From Eledone cirrhosa (Eukaryota), in contig OZ024743.1 in NCBI GenBank assembly GCA_964016885.1, forward strand, positions 129,208,001 through 129,272,000: DNA of 64,000 bases, written 5' to 3'. Below the pieces are notes generated by a model. It was not told where the DNA came from. It made no database searches and saw only the letters and a program-made list of their open reading frames with translations. This document shows, one piece after another, positions 13,701-25,570 of the stretch. Each line of letters opens with the position of its first letter. Positions within the stretch are counted from its first letter, which is position 1. A program made the position numbers and the translations under genes.

Positions 13701-13890
13701 GCTTGATGCTTGGTGTTTGGTATTTGGTGCTTGGTGTTTGGTGCTTGGTGCTTGGTGTTTGGTGTTTGCTGTTTGCTGTTTGCTGTTTGGTGTTTGCTAT
13801 TTGGTGTTTGGTGTTTGCTGTTTGGTGTTTGCTGTTTGGTGTTTGCTGTGTGGTGTTTGGTGTTTGGTGTTTGGTGCTTGGTGCTTGGTG
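4800..13890 (-). repeat. Higher-order tandem duplication, two copies of about 4.52-4.55 kb
   Basis: Landmark GGTTTTTTTCTC has its T-run at 5411/9964 (offset 4553) and 7191/11709 (offset 4518); identical pseudo-ORFs at 6277/10795; near-identical ones at 7372/11890 and 8729/13248. Confidence 0.9.
5260..8060 (-). repeat. Nested duplication inside the 4.5 kb unit, period about 1.75-1.78 kb
   Basis: The TTTTTTTCTC...TGATCCTTGG...GGTTATTGG...TTTGATATTTGG series occurs at 5411 and 7191 (offset 1780) and at 9964 and 11709 (offset 1745); a more diverged copy starts at about 13890. Confidence 0.85.
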
Positions 13891-16800
13891 TTTTCTCTTT
13901 GGTGCTTGGTGCTTGGTATTTGGTGCTTGGTCCTTGGTGTTTGGTGTTTGGTGCTTGGTGCTTGGTGCTTGGTGATTGGTGCTTGGTGTTTGGTGCCTGG
14001 TGTTTGGTGTTTGGTTATTGGTGCTTGGTGTTTGATGTGTGGTGCTTGGTGCTTGGTGTTTGGTATTTGGTGCTTGGTGCTTGGTGCTTGGTGTTTGGTG
14101 CTTTGTTCTTGTGCTCGGTGTTTGGTGCTTGGTGATAGGTGTTTCGTGTTTGGTGCTTGGTGCTTGGTGTTTGGTACTTGGTGCTTGGGGCTTGGTGTTT
14201 GGAGCTTGGTGCTTGGTGTTTGGTGTTTGGTGTTTGGTGCTTGGTACTTGGTGTTTTGTGTTTGGTGTTTGGTGCTTGGTGCTTGGTGCTTGGTGTTTGG
14301 TGCTTGGTGCTTGGTGCTTGGTGCTTGGATTTTGGTGTTTAGTGCATGGTGCTTGGTATTTGGTGTTTGCTGCTTGGTGCTTGGTGTTTGGTGTTTGGTG
14401 CTTGGTGCTTGGTGTTTGGTGATTGGTGCTTGGTGGTTGGTGTTTGGTCTTTGGTGCTTGATGCTTGGTGTTTGGTGATTGGTGCTTGGTTCTTGGTGTT
14501 TGGTGTTTGGTGTTTGGTGCTTGGTGTTTGGTGTTTGGTGTTTGCTGTTTGGTGTTTGGTGTTTGCAGTTTGGTGTTTGTTGTTTGGTGTTTGCTGTGTG
14601 GTGTTTGGTGTTTGGTGCTTGGTGTTTGGTGTTTGGTGCTTTGTGCTTGGTGTTTGGTGCTTGGTGCTTGGTGCTTGGTGCTTTGTATTTGTTGCTTGGT
14701 GCTTGGTGCTTGGTGATTGGTGCTTGGTGCTTGGTGCTTGGTGCTTTGTGTTTGGTGCTTGGTGCTTGGTGTTTGGTGTTTAGTGCTTGGTGCTAGGTGT
14801 TTGGTGCTTGGTGCTTGGTGCTTGGTGTTTGCTGTTTGTTGTTTGGTGTTTGCTGCTTGGTGTTTGCTGTTTGGTGTTTGCTGTTTGGTGTTTGGTGTTT
14901 GCTGTTTGGTGTTTGCTGTTTGGTGTTTTGTATTTGATGTTTGGTGTTTGGTGTTTGCTGTTTGGTGTTTGGTGTTTGGTGTTTGGTGCTTGGTGCTTGG
15001 TGCTTGGTGTTTGGTGCTTGTGCTTTGTACTTGTTGTTTGGTGTTTGGTGCTTGGTGCTTGGTGTTTGGTGTTTGGTGCTTGGTGCTTGGTGTTTGGTGA
15101 TTGGTGCTTTGTGCTTGGTGTTTGGTGCTTGGTGTTTGGTGTTTGGCGCTTGGTGCTTGGTGTTTGGTGCTTGGTGCTTGGTGCTTGGTGCTTGGTGCTT
15201 GGTGATTGGTGCTTGGAGTTTGGGCCTGGTGTTTGGTGTTTGGTGCTTGGTGTTTGATGTGTGGTACTTGGTGCTTGCTGTTTGGTGTTTGGTGCTTGGT
15301 GCTTGGTGCTTGGCTTTTGGTGCTTTGTGCTTGGTGCTTGGTGTTTGGTGCTTGGTGCTAGGCGTTTGGTGTTTGGTGCTTGGTGCTTGGTGTTAGGTTC
15401 TTGGTGCTTGGTGCTTGTTGTTTGGTGCTTGGTGCTTGGTGTTTGGTGTTTGTTGTTTGGTGCTTGGTACTTGGTGTTTTGTGTTTGGTGTTTGGTGATT
15501 GGTGCTTGGTGTTTGGTGCTTGGTGCTAGGTGCTTGGTGCTTGGTGCTTGGTGTTTGGTGTTTAGTGCTTGGTGCTTGGTATTTGGTGTTTGGTGCTTGG
15601 TGCTTGGTGTTTGGTGTTTGGTGCTAGGTGCTTGGTATTTGGTGATTGGTGCTTGGTGCTTGGTGTTTGGTGCTCGGATCTTGGTGCTTGGTGTTTGGTG
15701 CTTGGTGCTTGGTGTTTGGTCTTTGGCGCTTGGTGCTTGGTGTTTGGTGCTTGGTGCTTGGTGTTTGGTGTTTGGCATTTGGTGTTTGGTGCTTGGTCCT
15801 TTGTGCTTGGTGCTTGGTTTTTGGTGTTTGGTGCTTGGTGCTTGGTATTTGGTGTTTGTTGATTGGTGCTTGGTGTCTGGTGCTTGGGGTTTGGTGCTTG
15901 GTGCTTGGTGTGTGGTGTTTGGTGTTTGGTGCTTGGTGCTTGGTGCTTGGTGTTTGGTGTTTGGTGCTTGGTGCTTGGTGTTTGGTGTTTAGTGCTTGGT
16001 GCTTGGTTCTTGGTGTTTGGTGCTTGGTGCTTGGTGTTTGATGTTTGGTGCTTGATGTTTCGGGCTTGGTGTTTGGTGCTTGGTGCTTGGTGCTTTGTGT
16101 TTTTGGTGTTTAGTGCTTGGTGCTTGGTGTTTGGTGTTTGGTGCTTGGTGCTTGGTGTTTGGTGTTTGGTGTTTGGTGCTTGGTGTTTGGTGTTTGGTGC
16201 TTGGTGCTTGGTGATTTGCGTTTGGTGTTTGGCGTTTGCTGTTTGGCGTTTGGTGTTTGGCATTTGATGTTTGGCGTTTGCTGTTTGGTGTTTGGTGTTT
16301 GGTGTTTGCTGGTTGCTGTTTGGTGTTTGGTGTTTGCTGTTTGCTCTTTGGTGTTTGGTGTTTGGTGTTTGGTGTTTGCTGTTTGCTGTTTGCTGTTTGC
16401 TGTTTGGTGTTTGGTGTTTGGTGTTTGGTGCTTGGTGCTTGGTTCTTGCTGTTTGGCGCTTGGTGCTTGGTGTTTGGTGCTTGGTGCTTGGTGTTTGGTG
16501 CTTGGTGCTTGGTGCTTGGTGCTTGCTGTCTGGTGCTTGGTGTTTGGTTCTTGGTGTTTGGTGCTTGGTGCTTGGTGCTTGGTGTTTGGTGGTTAGTGCT
16601 TGGTGCTTGGTGTTTGGTTTATGGTGCTTGGTGCTTGGTGTTTGGTGTTTGGTTTTTGGTGCTTGCTGTTTGGCGTTTGGTGTTTGGCGTTTGCTGTTTG
16701 GCGTTTGGTGTTTGTTGTTTGCTGTTTGCTGTTTGCTGTTTGATGTTTGGTGTTTGGCGCTGGGTGCTTGGTGCTTGGTGCTTGGTGTTTGGTGCTTGGT

Positions 16801-18089
16801 GCTTGGTGCTTGGTGTTTGGTGCTTGGTGCTTGGTGTTTGGTGTTTGGTGCTTGGTATTTGGTGTTTGGTGCTTGTTGCTTGGTGCTTGGTGTTTGGTGC
16901 TTGGTGCTTGGTGCTTGGTGCTTGGTGACTGGTGCTTGGTGTTTGGTGTTTGGTGCTTGGTGCTTGGTGTTTGGTGTTTGGTGCTTGGTTCTTGGTGTTT
17001 GGTGTTTGGTGCTTGGTGCTTGGTGATTGGTGCTTGTTGCTTGGTGCTTGGTGTTTGGTGCTTGGTGCTTGGTGTTTGGTGTTTGGTGTTTAGTGTTTGC
17101 TGTTTGCTGTTTGGTGTTTGCTGTTTGCTGTTTGGTGTTTGGTGTTTGCTGTTTGGTGCTTGGTGCTTGGTGCTTTGTGTTTGTTGCTTGGTGCTTTGTG
17201 CTTGGTGCTTGGTGCTTGGTGCTTGGCGTTTGGTGTTTGTCGTTTGATGTTTAGCTATTTCTGTTTGGTGTTTGGTGTTTGGTGTTTGCTGTTTGGTGTT
17301 TGGTGTTTGGTGTTTGGTGTTTGGTGTTTGGTGTTTGCTGTTTGGTGTCTGGTGTTTGCTGTTTGGTGTTTGGTGTTTGGTGTTTGTTGTTTGCTGTTTG
17401 GTGTCTGGTGTTTGCTGTTTGGTGTTTGGTGTTTGCTGTTTGGTGTCTGGTGTTTGCTGTTTGGTGTTTGGTGTTTGCTGTTTGGTGTGTGCTGTTTGGT
17501 GTTTTGGGTTTGGTGTTTGCTGTTTGGTGTTTGCTGTTTGGTGTTTGCCGTTTGCTGTCTGGTTTTGGCTGTTTGGTTTTTGGTGTTTGGTGTTTGGTGC
17601 TTGGTGCTTGGTGCTTGGTGCTTGCTGTTTTGTGCTTGGTGCTTGGTGCTTGGTGCTTGGTATTTTTTGTTTAGTGCTTGGTGCTTGGTGTTTGGTGTTT
17701 GGTGGTTGGTGCTTGGTGTTTGGTGTTTGGTGCTTGGTGCTTGGTGTTTGGTGTTTGGTGCTTGGTGCTTGGTGTTTGGTGATTGGTGCTTGGTGCTTGG
17801 TGTTTGGTGCTTGGTGCTTGGTGTTTGATGTTTGGCGCTTGGTTCTTGGTGTTTGGTGCTTGGTGCTTGGTGCTTGGTGTTTCGTGCTTGGTGTTTGGTG
17901 TTTGGTGCTTGGTGCTTGGTGTTTGGTGCTTGGTGCTTGGTGCTTGGTGCTTGTTGCTTGGTGCTTTGTGCTTGGTGCTTGGTGCTTGGTGTTTGGTGTT
18001 TAGTGCTTGGTGCTTGGGGTTTGGTGTTTGATGCTTGGTTCTTGGTGTTTGGTGTTTGGTGCTTGTTGCTTGGTGTTTGCTGTTTGGTG

Positions 18090-18107
18090 TTTGGCGTTTG
18101 CACCAAG
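18090..18107. other. Orientation switch junction 2 (head-to-head)
   Basis: TTTGGCG TTTG (to 18100) is followed directly by CACCAAG (18101-18107); no filler bases. Confidence 0.93.
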
Positions 18108-18134
18108 CACCAAACCCCAAGCACCAGACACCAA

Positions 18135-21100
18135 GCGCCAAACACCAAACACCAAGCACCAAGCACCAAACACCAAGCACAAAGCACCAATCACCAAACA
18201 CCAAGCACCAAGCACCAAACACCAAACACCAAGCACCAAGCACCAAACACCAAACAAGAAGTACGAAGCACAAGCACCAAACACCAAGCAACAAGCACCA
18301 AGCACCAAACACCAAACACCAAACACCAAACAGCAAACACCAAACACCAAACATCAAATACAAAACACCAAACAGCAAACACCAAACAGCAAACACCAAA
18401 CACCAAACAGCAAACACCAAACAGCAAACACCAAACACCAAATAACAAACAGAAAATGCCAAACATCAAACGACAAACACCAAACGCCAAGCACCAAGCA
18501 CCAAGCACCAAGCACAAAGCACCAAGCACCAAACACCAAGCACCAAGCACCAAGCACCAAACACCAAGCACCACGCACCAAACACCAAACACCAAACACC
18601 AAGCTCCAAGCACCAAACCCCAAGCACCAGACACCAAGCACCAATCAACAAACACCAAATACCAAGCACCAAGCACCAAAAACCAAGCACCAAGCACAAA
18701 GCACCAAGCACCAAACACCAAATGCCAAACACCAAACACCAAGCACCAAGCACCAATCACCAAGCACCAAGCGCCAAAGACCAAGCACCAAGCACCAAGC
18801 ACCAAACACCAAGCACCAAGCTCCGAGCACCAAACACCAAGCACCAAGCACCAAGCACCAAATACCAAGCACCTAGCACCAAACACCAAACACCAAGCAC
18901 CAAGCACCAAACACCAAACACCAAGCACCAAGCACCAAACACCAAACACCAAGCACCAAGCACCAAACACCAAGAACCAAGCACCAAGCACTAAACACCA
19001 AACACCAAGCACCAAGCACCAAACACCAAACACCAAGCACCAAGCACCAAACACCAAACACCACACACCAAGCACCAAGCACCAAACCCCAAGCACCAGA
19101 CACCAAGCACCAATCAACAAACACCAAATACCAAGCACCAAGCACCAAACACCAAAAACCAAGCACCAAGCACAAAGCACCAAGCACCAAACACCAAATG
19201 CCAAACACCAAACACCAAGCACCAAGCACCAAACGCCAAGCACCAAGCGCCAAAGACCAAACACCAAGCACCAAGCACCAAACACCAAGCACCAAGCTCC
19301 GAGCACCAAACACCAAGCACCAAGCACCAATCACCAAATACCAAGCACCTAGCACCAAACACCAAGCACCAAGCACCAAGCACCAAACACCAAGCACCAA
19401 GCACCAAACACCAAACACAAAACACCAAGTACCAAGCACCAAACACCAAACACCAAACACCAAGCACCAAGCACCAAACACCAAGCGCCAAGCACCAAGC
19501 ACCAAACAACAAGCACCAAGTACCAAGTACCTAACACCAAGCACCAAGCACCAAACACCAAACGTCTAGCACCAAGCACCAAACACCAAGCACCAAGCAC
19601 AAAGCACCAAAAGCCAAGCACCAAGCACCAAGCACCAAACACCAAACAGCAAGCACCAAGTACCACACATCAAACACCGAGCACCAAACACCAAACACCA
19701 GGCCCAAACACCAAGCACCAATCACCAATCACCAAGCACCAAGCACCAAGCAACAAACACAAAGCACCAATCACCAAGCACCGAGCACCAAGCACCAAGC
19801 ACCAAGCACCAAACACCAAGCACCAAACACCAAACACCAAGCACCAAGCACCAATCACCAAACACCAAGCACCAAGCACCAAACACCAAACAGCAAGCAC
19901 CAAGCACCAAACACCAAACACCAAGTACCAAGCACAAAGCACCAAACACCAAGCACCAAGCAGCAAGCACCAAACACCAAACACCAAGCACCAAGAAACG
20001 AAACACGAAACACCAAGTACCAAGCACAAAGCACCAAGCACCAAGCACAAAGCACCAAAAGCCAAGCACCAAGCACCAAGCACCAAACACCAAACAGCAA
20101 GCACAAAGTACCACACATCAAACACCAAGCACCAAACACCAAACACCAGGCCCAAACTCCAAGCACCAATCACCAAGCACCAAGCACCAAGCACAAAGCA
20201 CCAAGCACCAAACACCAAGCACCAAGCGCCAAACACCAAACACCAAGCACCAAGCACCAAACACCAAGCACAAAGCACCAATCACCAAACACCAAGCACC
20301 AAGCACCAAACACCAAACACCAAGCACCAAGCACCAAACACCAAACAAGAAGTACGAAGCACAAGCACCAAACACCAAGCACCAAGCACCAAGCACCAAA
20401 CACCAAACACCAAACACCAAACAGCAAACACCAAACACCAAACATCAAATACAAAACACCAATGAGCAAACACCAAACAGCAAACACCAAACACCAAACA
20501 GCAAACACCAAACAGCAAACACCAAACACCAAATACCAAACAGAAAATGCCAAACATCAAACGACAAACACCAAACGCCAAGCACCAAGCACCAAGCACC
20601 AAGCACAAAGCACCAAGCACCAAACACCAAGCACCAAGCACCAAGCACCAAACACCAAGCACCACGCACCAAACACCAAACACCAAACACCAAGCTCCAA
20701 GCACCAAACCCCAAGCACCAGACACCAAGCACCAATCAACAAACACCAAATACCAAGCACCAAGCACCAAAAACCAAGCACCAAGCACAAAGCACCAAGC
20801 ACCAAACACCAAATGCCAAACACCAAACACCAAGCACCAAGCACCAATCACCAAGCACCAAGCGCCAAAGACCAAGCACCAAGCACCAAGCACCAAACAC
20901 CAAGCACCAAGCTCCAAGCACCAAACACCAAGCACCAAGCACCAAGCACCAAATACCAAGCACCTAGCACCAAACACCAAACACCAAGCACCAAGCACCA
21001 AACACCAAACACCAAGCACCAAGCACCAAACACCAAACACCAAGCACCAAGCACCAAACACCAAGAACCAAGCACCAAGCACTAAACACCAAACACCAAG

Positions 21101-22070
21101 CACCAAGCACCAAACACCAAACACCAAGCACCAAGCACCAAACACCAAACACCACACACCAAGCACCAAGCACCAAACCCCAAGCACCAGACACCAAGCA
21201 CCAATCAACAAACACCAAATACCAAGCACCAAGCACCAAACATCAAAAACCAAGCACCAAGCACAAAGCACCAAGCACCAAACACCAAATGCCAAACACC
21301 AAACACCAAGAACCAAGCACCAAACACCAAGCACCAAGCTCCGAGCACCAAACACCAAGCACCAAGCACCAATCACCAAATACCAAGCACCTAGCACCAA
21401 ACACCAAGCACCAAGCACCAAGCACCAAGCACCAAACACCAAGCACCAAGCACCAAACACCAAACACAAAACACCAAGTACCAAGCACCAAACACCAAAC
21501 ACCAAGCACCAAGCACCAGACACCAAGCACCAAGCACCAAGCACCAATCAACAAGCACCAAGTACCAAGTACCTAACACCAAGCACCAAGCACCAAACAC
21601 CAAACGTCTAGCACCAAGCACCAAACACCAAGCACCAAGCACAAAGCACCAAAAGCCAAGCACCAAGCACCAAGCACCAAACACCAAACAGCAAGCACCA
21701 AGTACCACACATCAAACACCGAGCACCAAACACCAAACACCAGGCCCAAACACCAAGCACCAATCACCAATCACCAAGCACCAAGCACCAAGCAACAAAC
21801 ACAAAGCACCAATCACCAAGCACCGAGCACCAAGCACCAAGCACCAAGCACCAAACACCAAGCACCAAACACCAAACACCAAGCACCAAGCACCAATCAC
21901 CAAACACCAAGCACCAAGCACCAAACACCAAACAGCAAGCACCAAGCACCAAACACCAAACACCAAGTACCAAGCACAAAGCACCAAACACCAAGCACCA
22001 AGCAGCAAGCACCAAACACCAAACACCTAGCACCAAGAAAAGAAACACGAAACACCAAGTACCAAGCACA
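18135..22070 (+). repeat. Higher-order tandem duplication, period about 2.04-2.09 kb
   Basis: CAAGAAGTACGAAG at 18255/20346 (offset 2091); AACGTCTAGC at 19561/21603 (offset 2042, i.e. 7 units fewer); partial further copies at 23.4-26.2 kb. Confidence 0.85.
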
Positions 22071-23849
22071 AAGCACCAAACACCAAGCACCAAGCACCAA
22101 GCACCAAACACCAAACACCAAACACCAAACAGCAAACACCAAACACCAAACACTAAACACCAAACAGCAAACACCAAACACCAAACACCAAATACAAAAC
22201 ACCAAACAGCAAACAGCAAACACCAAACATCAAACACCAAACACCAAACAGCAAACACCAAACATCAAACGACAAACACCAAACGCCAAGCACCAAGCAC
22301 CAAGCACCAAGCACCAAGCACAAAGCACCAAGCACCAAACACCAAGCACCAAGCACCAATCACCAAACACCAAGCACCACGCACACACCACAAAACACCA
22401 AACACCAAGCACCAAGCACCAAACCCCAAGCACCAGACACCAAGCACCAATCAACAAACACCAAATACCAGGAACCAAGCACCAAACACCAAAAACCAAG
22501 CACCAAGCACAAAGCACCAAGCACCAAACACCAAATGCCAAACACCAAACACCAAGCACCAAGCACCAAACACCAAGCACCAAGCGCCAAAAACCAAACA
22601 CCAAGCACCAAGCACCAAACACCAAGCACCAAGCCCCGAGCACCAAACACCAAGCACCAAGCACCAATCACCAAATACCAAGCACCTAGCACCAAACACC
22701 AAACACCAAGCACCAAGCACCAAACACCAAACACCAAGCACCAAGCACCAAACACCAATTACCAAGCACCAAGCACCAATCACCAAATACCAAGCACCTA
22801 GCACCAAACACCAAACACCAAGCACCAAGCACCAAACACCAAATACCAAGCACCAAGCACTAAACACCAAACACCAAGCACCAAGCACCAAGCACCTAGC
22901 ACCAAGCACCAAACACCAAGCACCAAACACCAAGCACCAAGCGCCAAAGACCAAACACCAAGCACCAAGCACCAAACACCAAGCACCAAGCTCCGAGCAC
23001 CAAGCACTAAACACCAAACACCAAACACCAAGCACCAAGCACCTAGCACCAAGCACCAAACACCAAGCACCAATCACCAAACACCAAACACAAAACACCA
23101 AGTACCAAGCACCAAACAACAAACACCAAACACCAAGCACCAAGCACCAAACACCAAGCACCAAGCACCAAGCACCAAACAACAAGCACCAAGCACCAAG
23201 AACCTAACACCAAGCACCAAGCACCAAACACCAAACGCCTAGCACCAAGCACCAAACACCAAGCACCAAGCACAAAGCACCAAAAGCCAAGCACCAAGCA
23301 CCAAGCACCAAACACCAAACAGCAAGCACCAAGTACCACACATCAAACACCAAGCACCAAACACCAAACACCAGGCCCAAACTCCAAGCACCAATCACCA
23401 AGCACCAAGCACCAAGCACCAAGCACCAAGCACCAAACACCAAGCACCAAGCGCCAAACACCAAACACCAAGCACCAAGCACCAAACACCAAGCACAAAG
23501 CACCAATCACCAAACACCAAGCACCAAGCACCAAACACCAAACACCAAGCACCAAGCACCAAACACCAAACAACAAGTACGAAGCACAAGCACCAAACAC
23601 CAAGCACCAAGCACCAAGCACCAAACACCAAACACCAAACACCAAACAGCAAACACCAAACACCAAACATCAAATACAAAACACCAAACAGCAAACACCA
23701 AACAGCAAACACCAAACACCAAACAGCAAACACCAAACAGCAAACACCAAACACCAAATACCAAATAGAAAATGCCAAACATCAAACGACAAACACCAAA
23801 CGCCAAGCACCAAGCACCAAGCACCAAGCACAAAGCACCAAGCACCAAA

Positions 23850-25570
23850 CACCAAGCACCAAGCACCAAGCACCAAACACCAAGCACCACGCACCAAACA
23901 CCAAACACCAAACACCAAGCTCCAAGCACCAAACCCCAAGCACCAGACACCAAGCACCAATCAACAAACACCAAATACCAAGCACCAAGCACCAAAAACC
24001 AAGCACCAAGCACAAAGCACCAAGCACCAAACACCAAATGCCAAACACCAAACACCAAGCACCAAGCACCAATCACCAAGCACCAAGCGCCAAAGACCAA
24101 GCACCAAGCACCAAGCACCAAACACCAAGCACCAAGCTCCGAGCACCAAACACCAAGCACCAAGCACCAAATACCAAGCACCTAGCACCAAACACCAAAC
24201 ACCAAGCACCAAGCACCAAACACCAAACACCAAGCACCAAGCACCAAACACCAAACACCAAGCACCAAGCACCAAACACCAAGAACCAAGCACCAAGCAC
24301 TAAACACCAAACACCAAGCACCAAGCACCAAACACCAAACACCAAGCACCAAGCACCAAACACCAAACACCACACACCAAGCACCAAGCACCAAACCCCA
24401 AGCACCAGACACCAAGCACCAATCAACAACACCAAATACCAAGCACCAAGCACCAAACACCAAAAACCAAGCACCAAGCACAAAGCACCAAGCACCAAAC
24501 ACCAAATGCCAAACACCAAACACCAAGCACCAAGCACCAAACGCCAATCACCAAGCGCCAAAGACCAAACACCAAGCACCAAGCACCAAACACCAAGCAC
24601 CAAGCTCCGAGCACCAAACACCAAGCACCAAGCACCAATCACCAAATACCAAGCACCTAGCACCAAACACCAAGCACCAAGCACCAAGCACCAAGCACCA
24701 AACACCAAGCACCAAGCACCAAACACCAAACACAAAACACCAAGTACCAAGCACCAAACACCAAACACCAAACACCAAGCACCAAGCACCAAGCACAAAG
24801 CACCAAGCACCAAACACCAAGTACCAAGCACCAAGCACCAAACACCAAGCACCACGCACCAAACACCAAACACCAAACACCAAGCTCCAAGCACCAAACC
24901 CCAAGCAGCAGACACCAAGCACCAATCAACAAACACCAAATACCAAGCACCAAGCACCAAAAACCAAGCACCAAGCACAAAGCACCAAGCACCAAACACC
25001 AAATGCCAAACACCAAACACCAAGCACCAAGCACCAATCACCAAGCACCAAGCGCCAAAGACCAAGCACCAAGCACCAAGCACCAAACACCGAGCACCAA
25101 GCTCCGAGCACCAAACACCAAGCACCAAGCACCAAATACCAAGCACCTAGCACCAAACACCAAACACCAAGCACCAAGCACCAAACACCAAACACCAAGC
25201 ACCAAGCACCAAACACCAAACACCAAGCACCAAGCACCAAACACCAAGAACCAAGCACCAAGCACTAAACACCAAACACCAAGCACCAAGCACCAAACAC
25301 CAAACACCAAGCACCAAGCACCAAACACCAAACACCACACACCAAGCACCAAGCACCAAACCCCAAGCACCAGACACCAAGCACCAATCAACAAACACCA
25401 AATACCAAGTACCAAGCACCAAACGCCAATCACCAAACACCAAATGCCAAACACCAAACACCAAGCACCAAGCACCAAACGCCAATCACCAAGCGCCAAA
25501 GACCAAACACCAAGCACCAAGCACCAAACACCAAGCACCAAGCTCCGAGCACCAAACACCAAGCACCAAG
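23850..25570 (+). repeat. Tandem duplication, period about 965 bp
   Basis: CACCACG at 23885/24850; matching pseudo-ORFs at 23961/24926 and 24038/25003. Confidence 0.8.

Larger units (their letters stand above)
4336..18100 (-). repeat. Heptamer satellite (CACCAAR)n in inverted orientation (CTTGGTG/TTTGGTG on + strand), about 13.8 kb
   Basis: Abrupt change to the reverse complement of the same unit, with the same variants (TTTGCTG, ATTGGTG, TTTGATG); + strand almost free of A. Confidence 0.98.
14850..23740. repeat. Long inverted repeat pair: about 14850-15540 (reverse) and about 23040-23740 (forward)
   Basis: Collinear rare variants: GGAGTTTGGGCCTGG (about 15215) vs CCAGGCCCAAACTCC (23371); GATGTGTGGTAC vs GTACCACACATC; GGCTTTTGG vs CCAAAAGCC; CTAGGCG vs CGCCTAG; TTAGGTTC vs GAACCTAA. 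Confidence 0.85.

Noticed and set aside
4336-18100. Transposon or recombinase-controlled invertible element bounded by inverted repeats
   Set aside because: No transposase or recombinase, no distinct terminal repeats and no target-site duplication; the interior is only satellite.
4336-18100. G-quadruplex or i-motif array; nucleosome-length match (21 units = 147 bp)
   Set aside because: Only GG/CC doublets are present, so canonical three-tetrad structures are not supported, and I saw no 147-bp periodicity in the variants.
18000-18200. Fold-back (palindromic) read chimera as the cause of the strand switches
   Set aside because: Variant patterns either side of both junctions are not mirror images. 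A misjoin still cannot be excluded without reads.
17832-19352. 506-aa ORF with a hydrophobic N-terminus and polar repeat C-terminus, resembling a membrane-anchored mucin-like protein
   Set aside because: It is read-through across the orientation switch at 18100/18101; the other frames and the opposite strand give the same two-part pattern.
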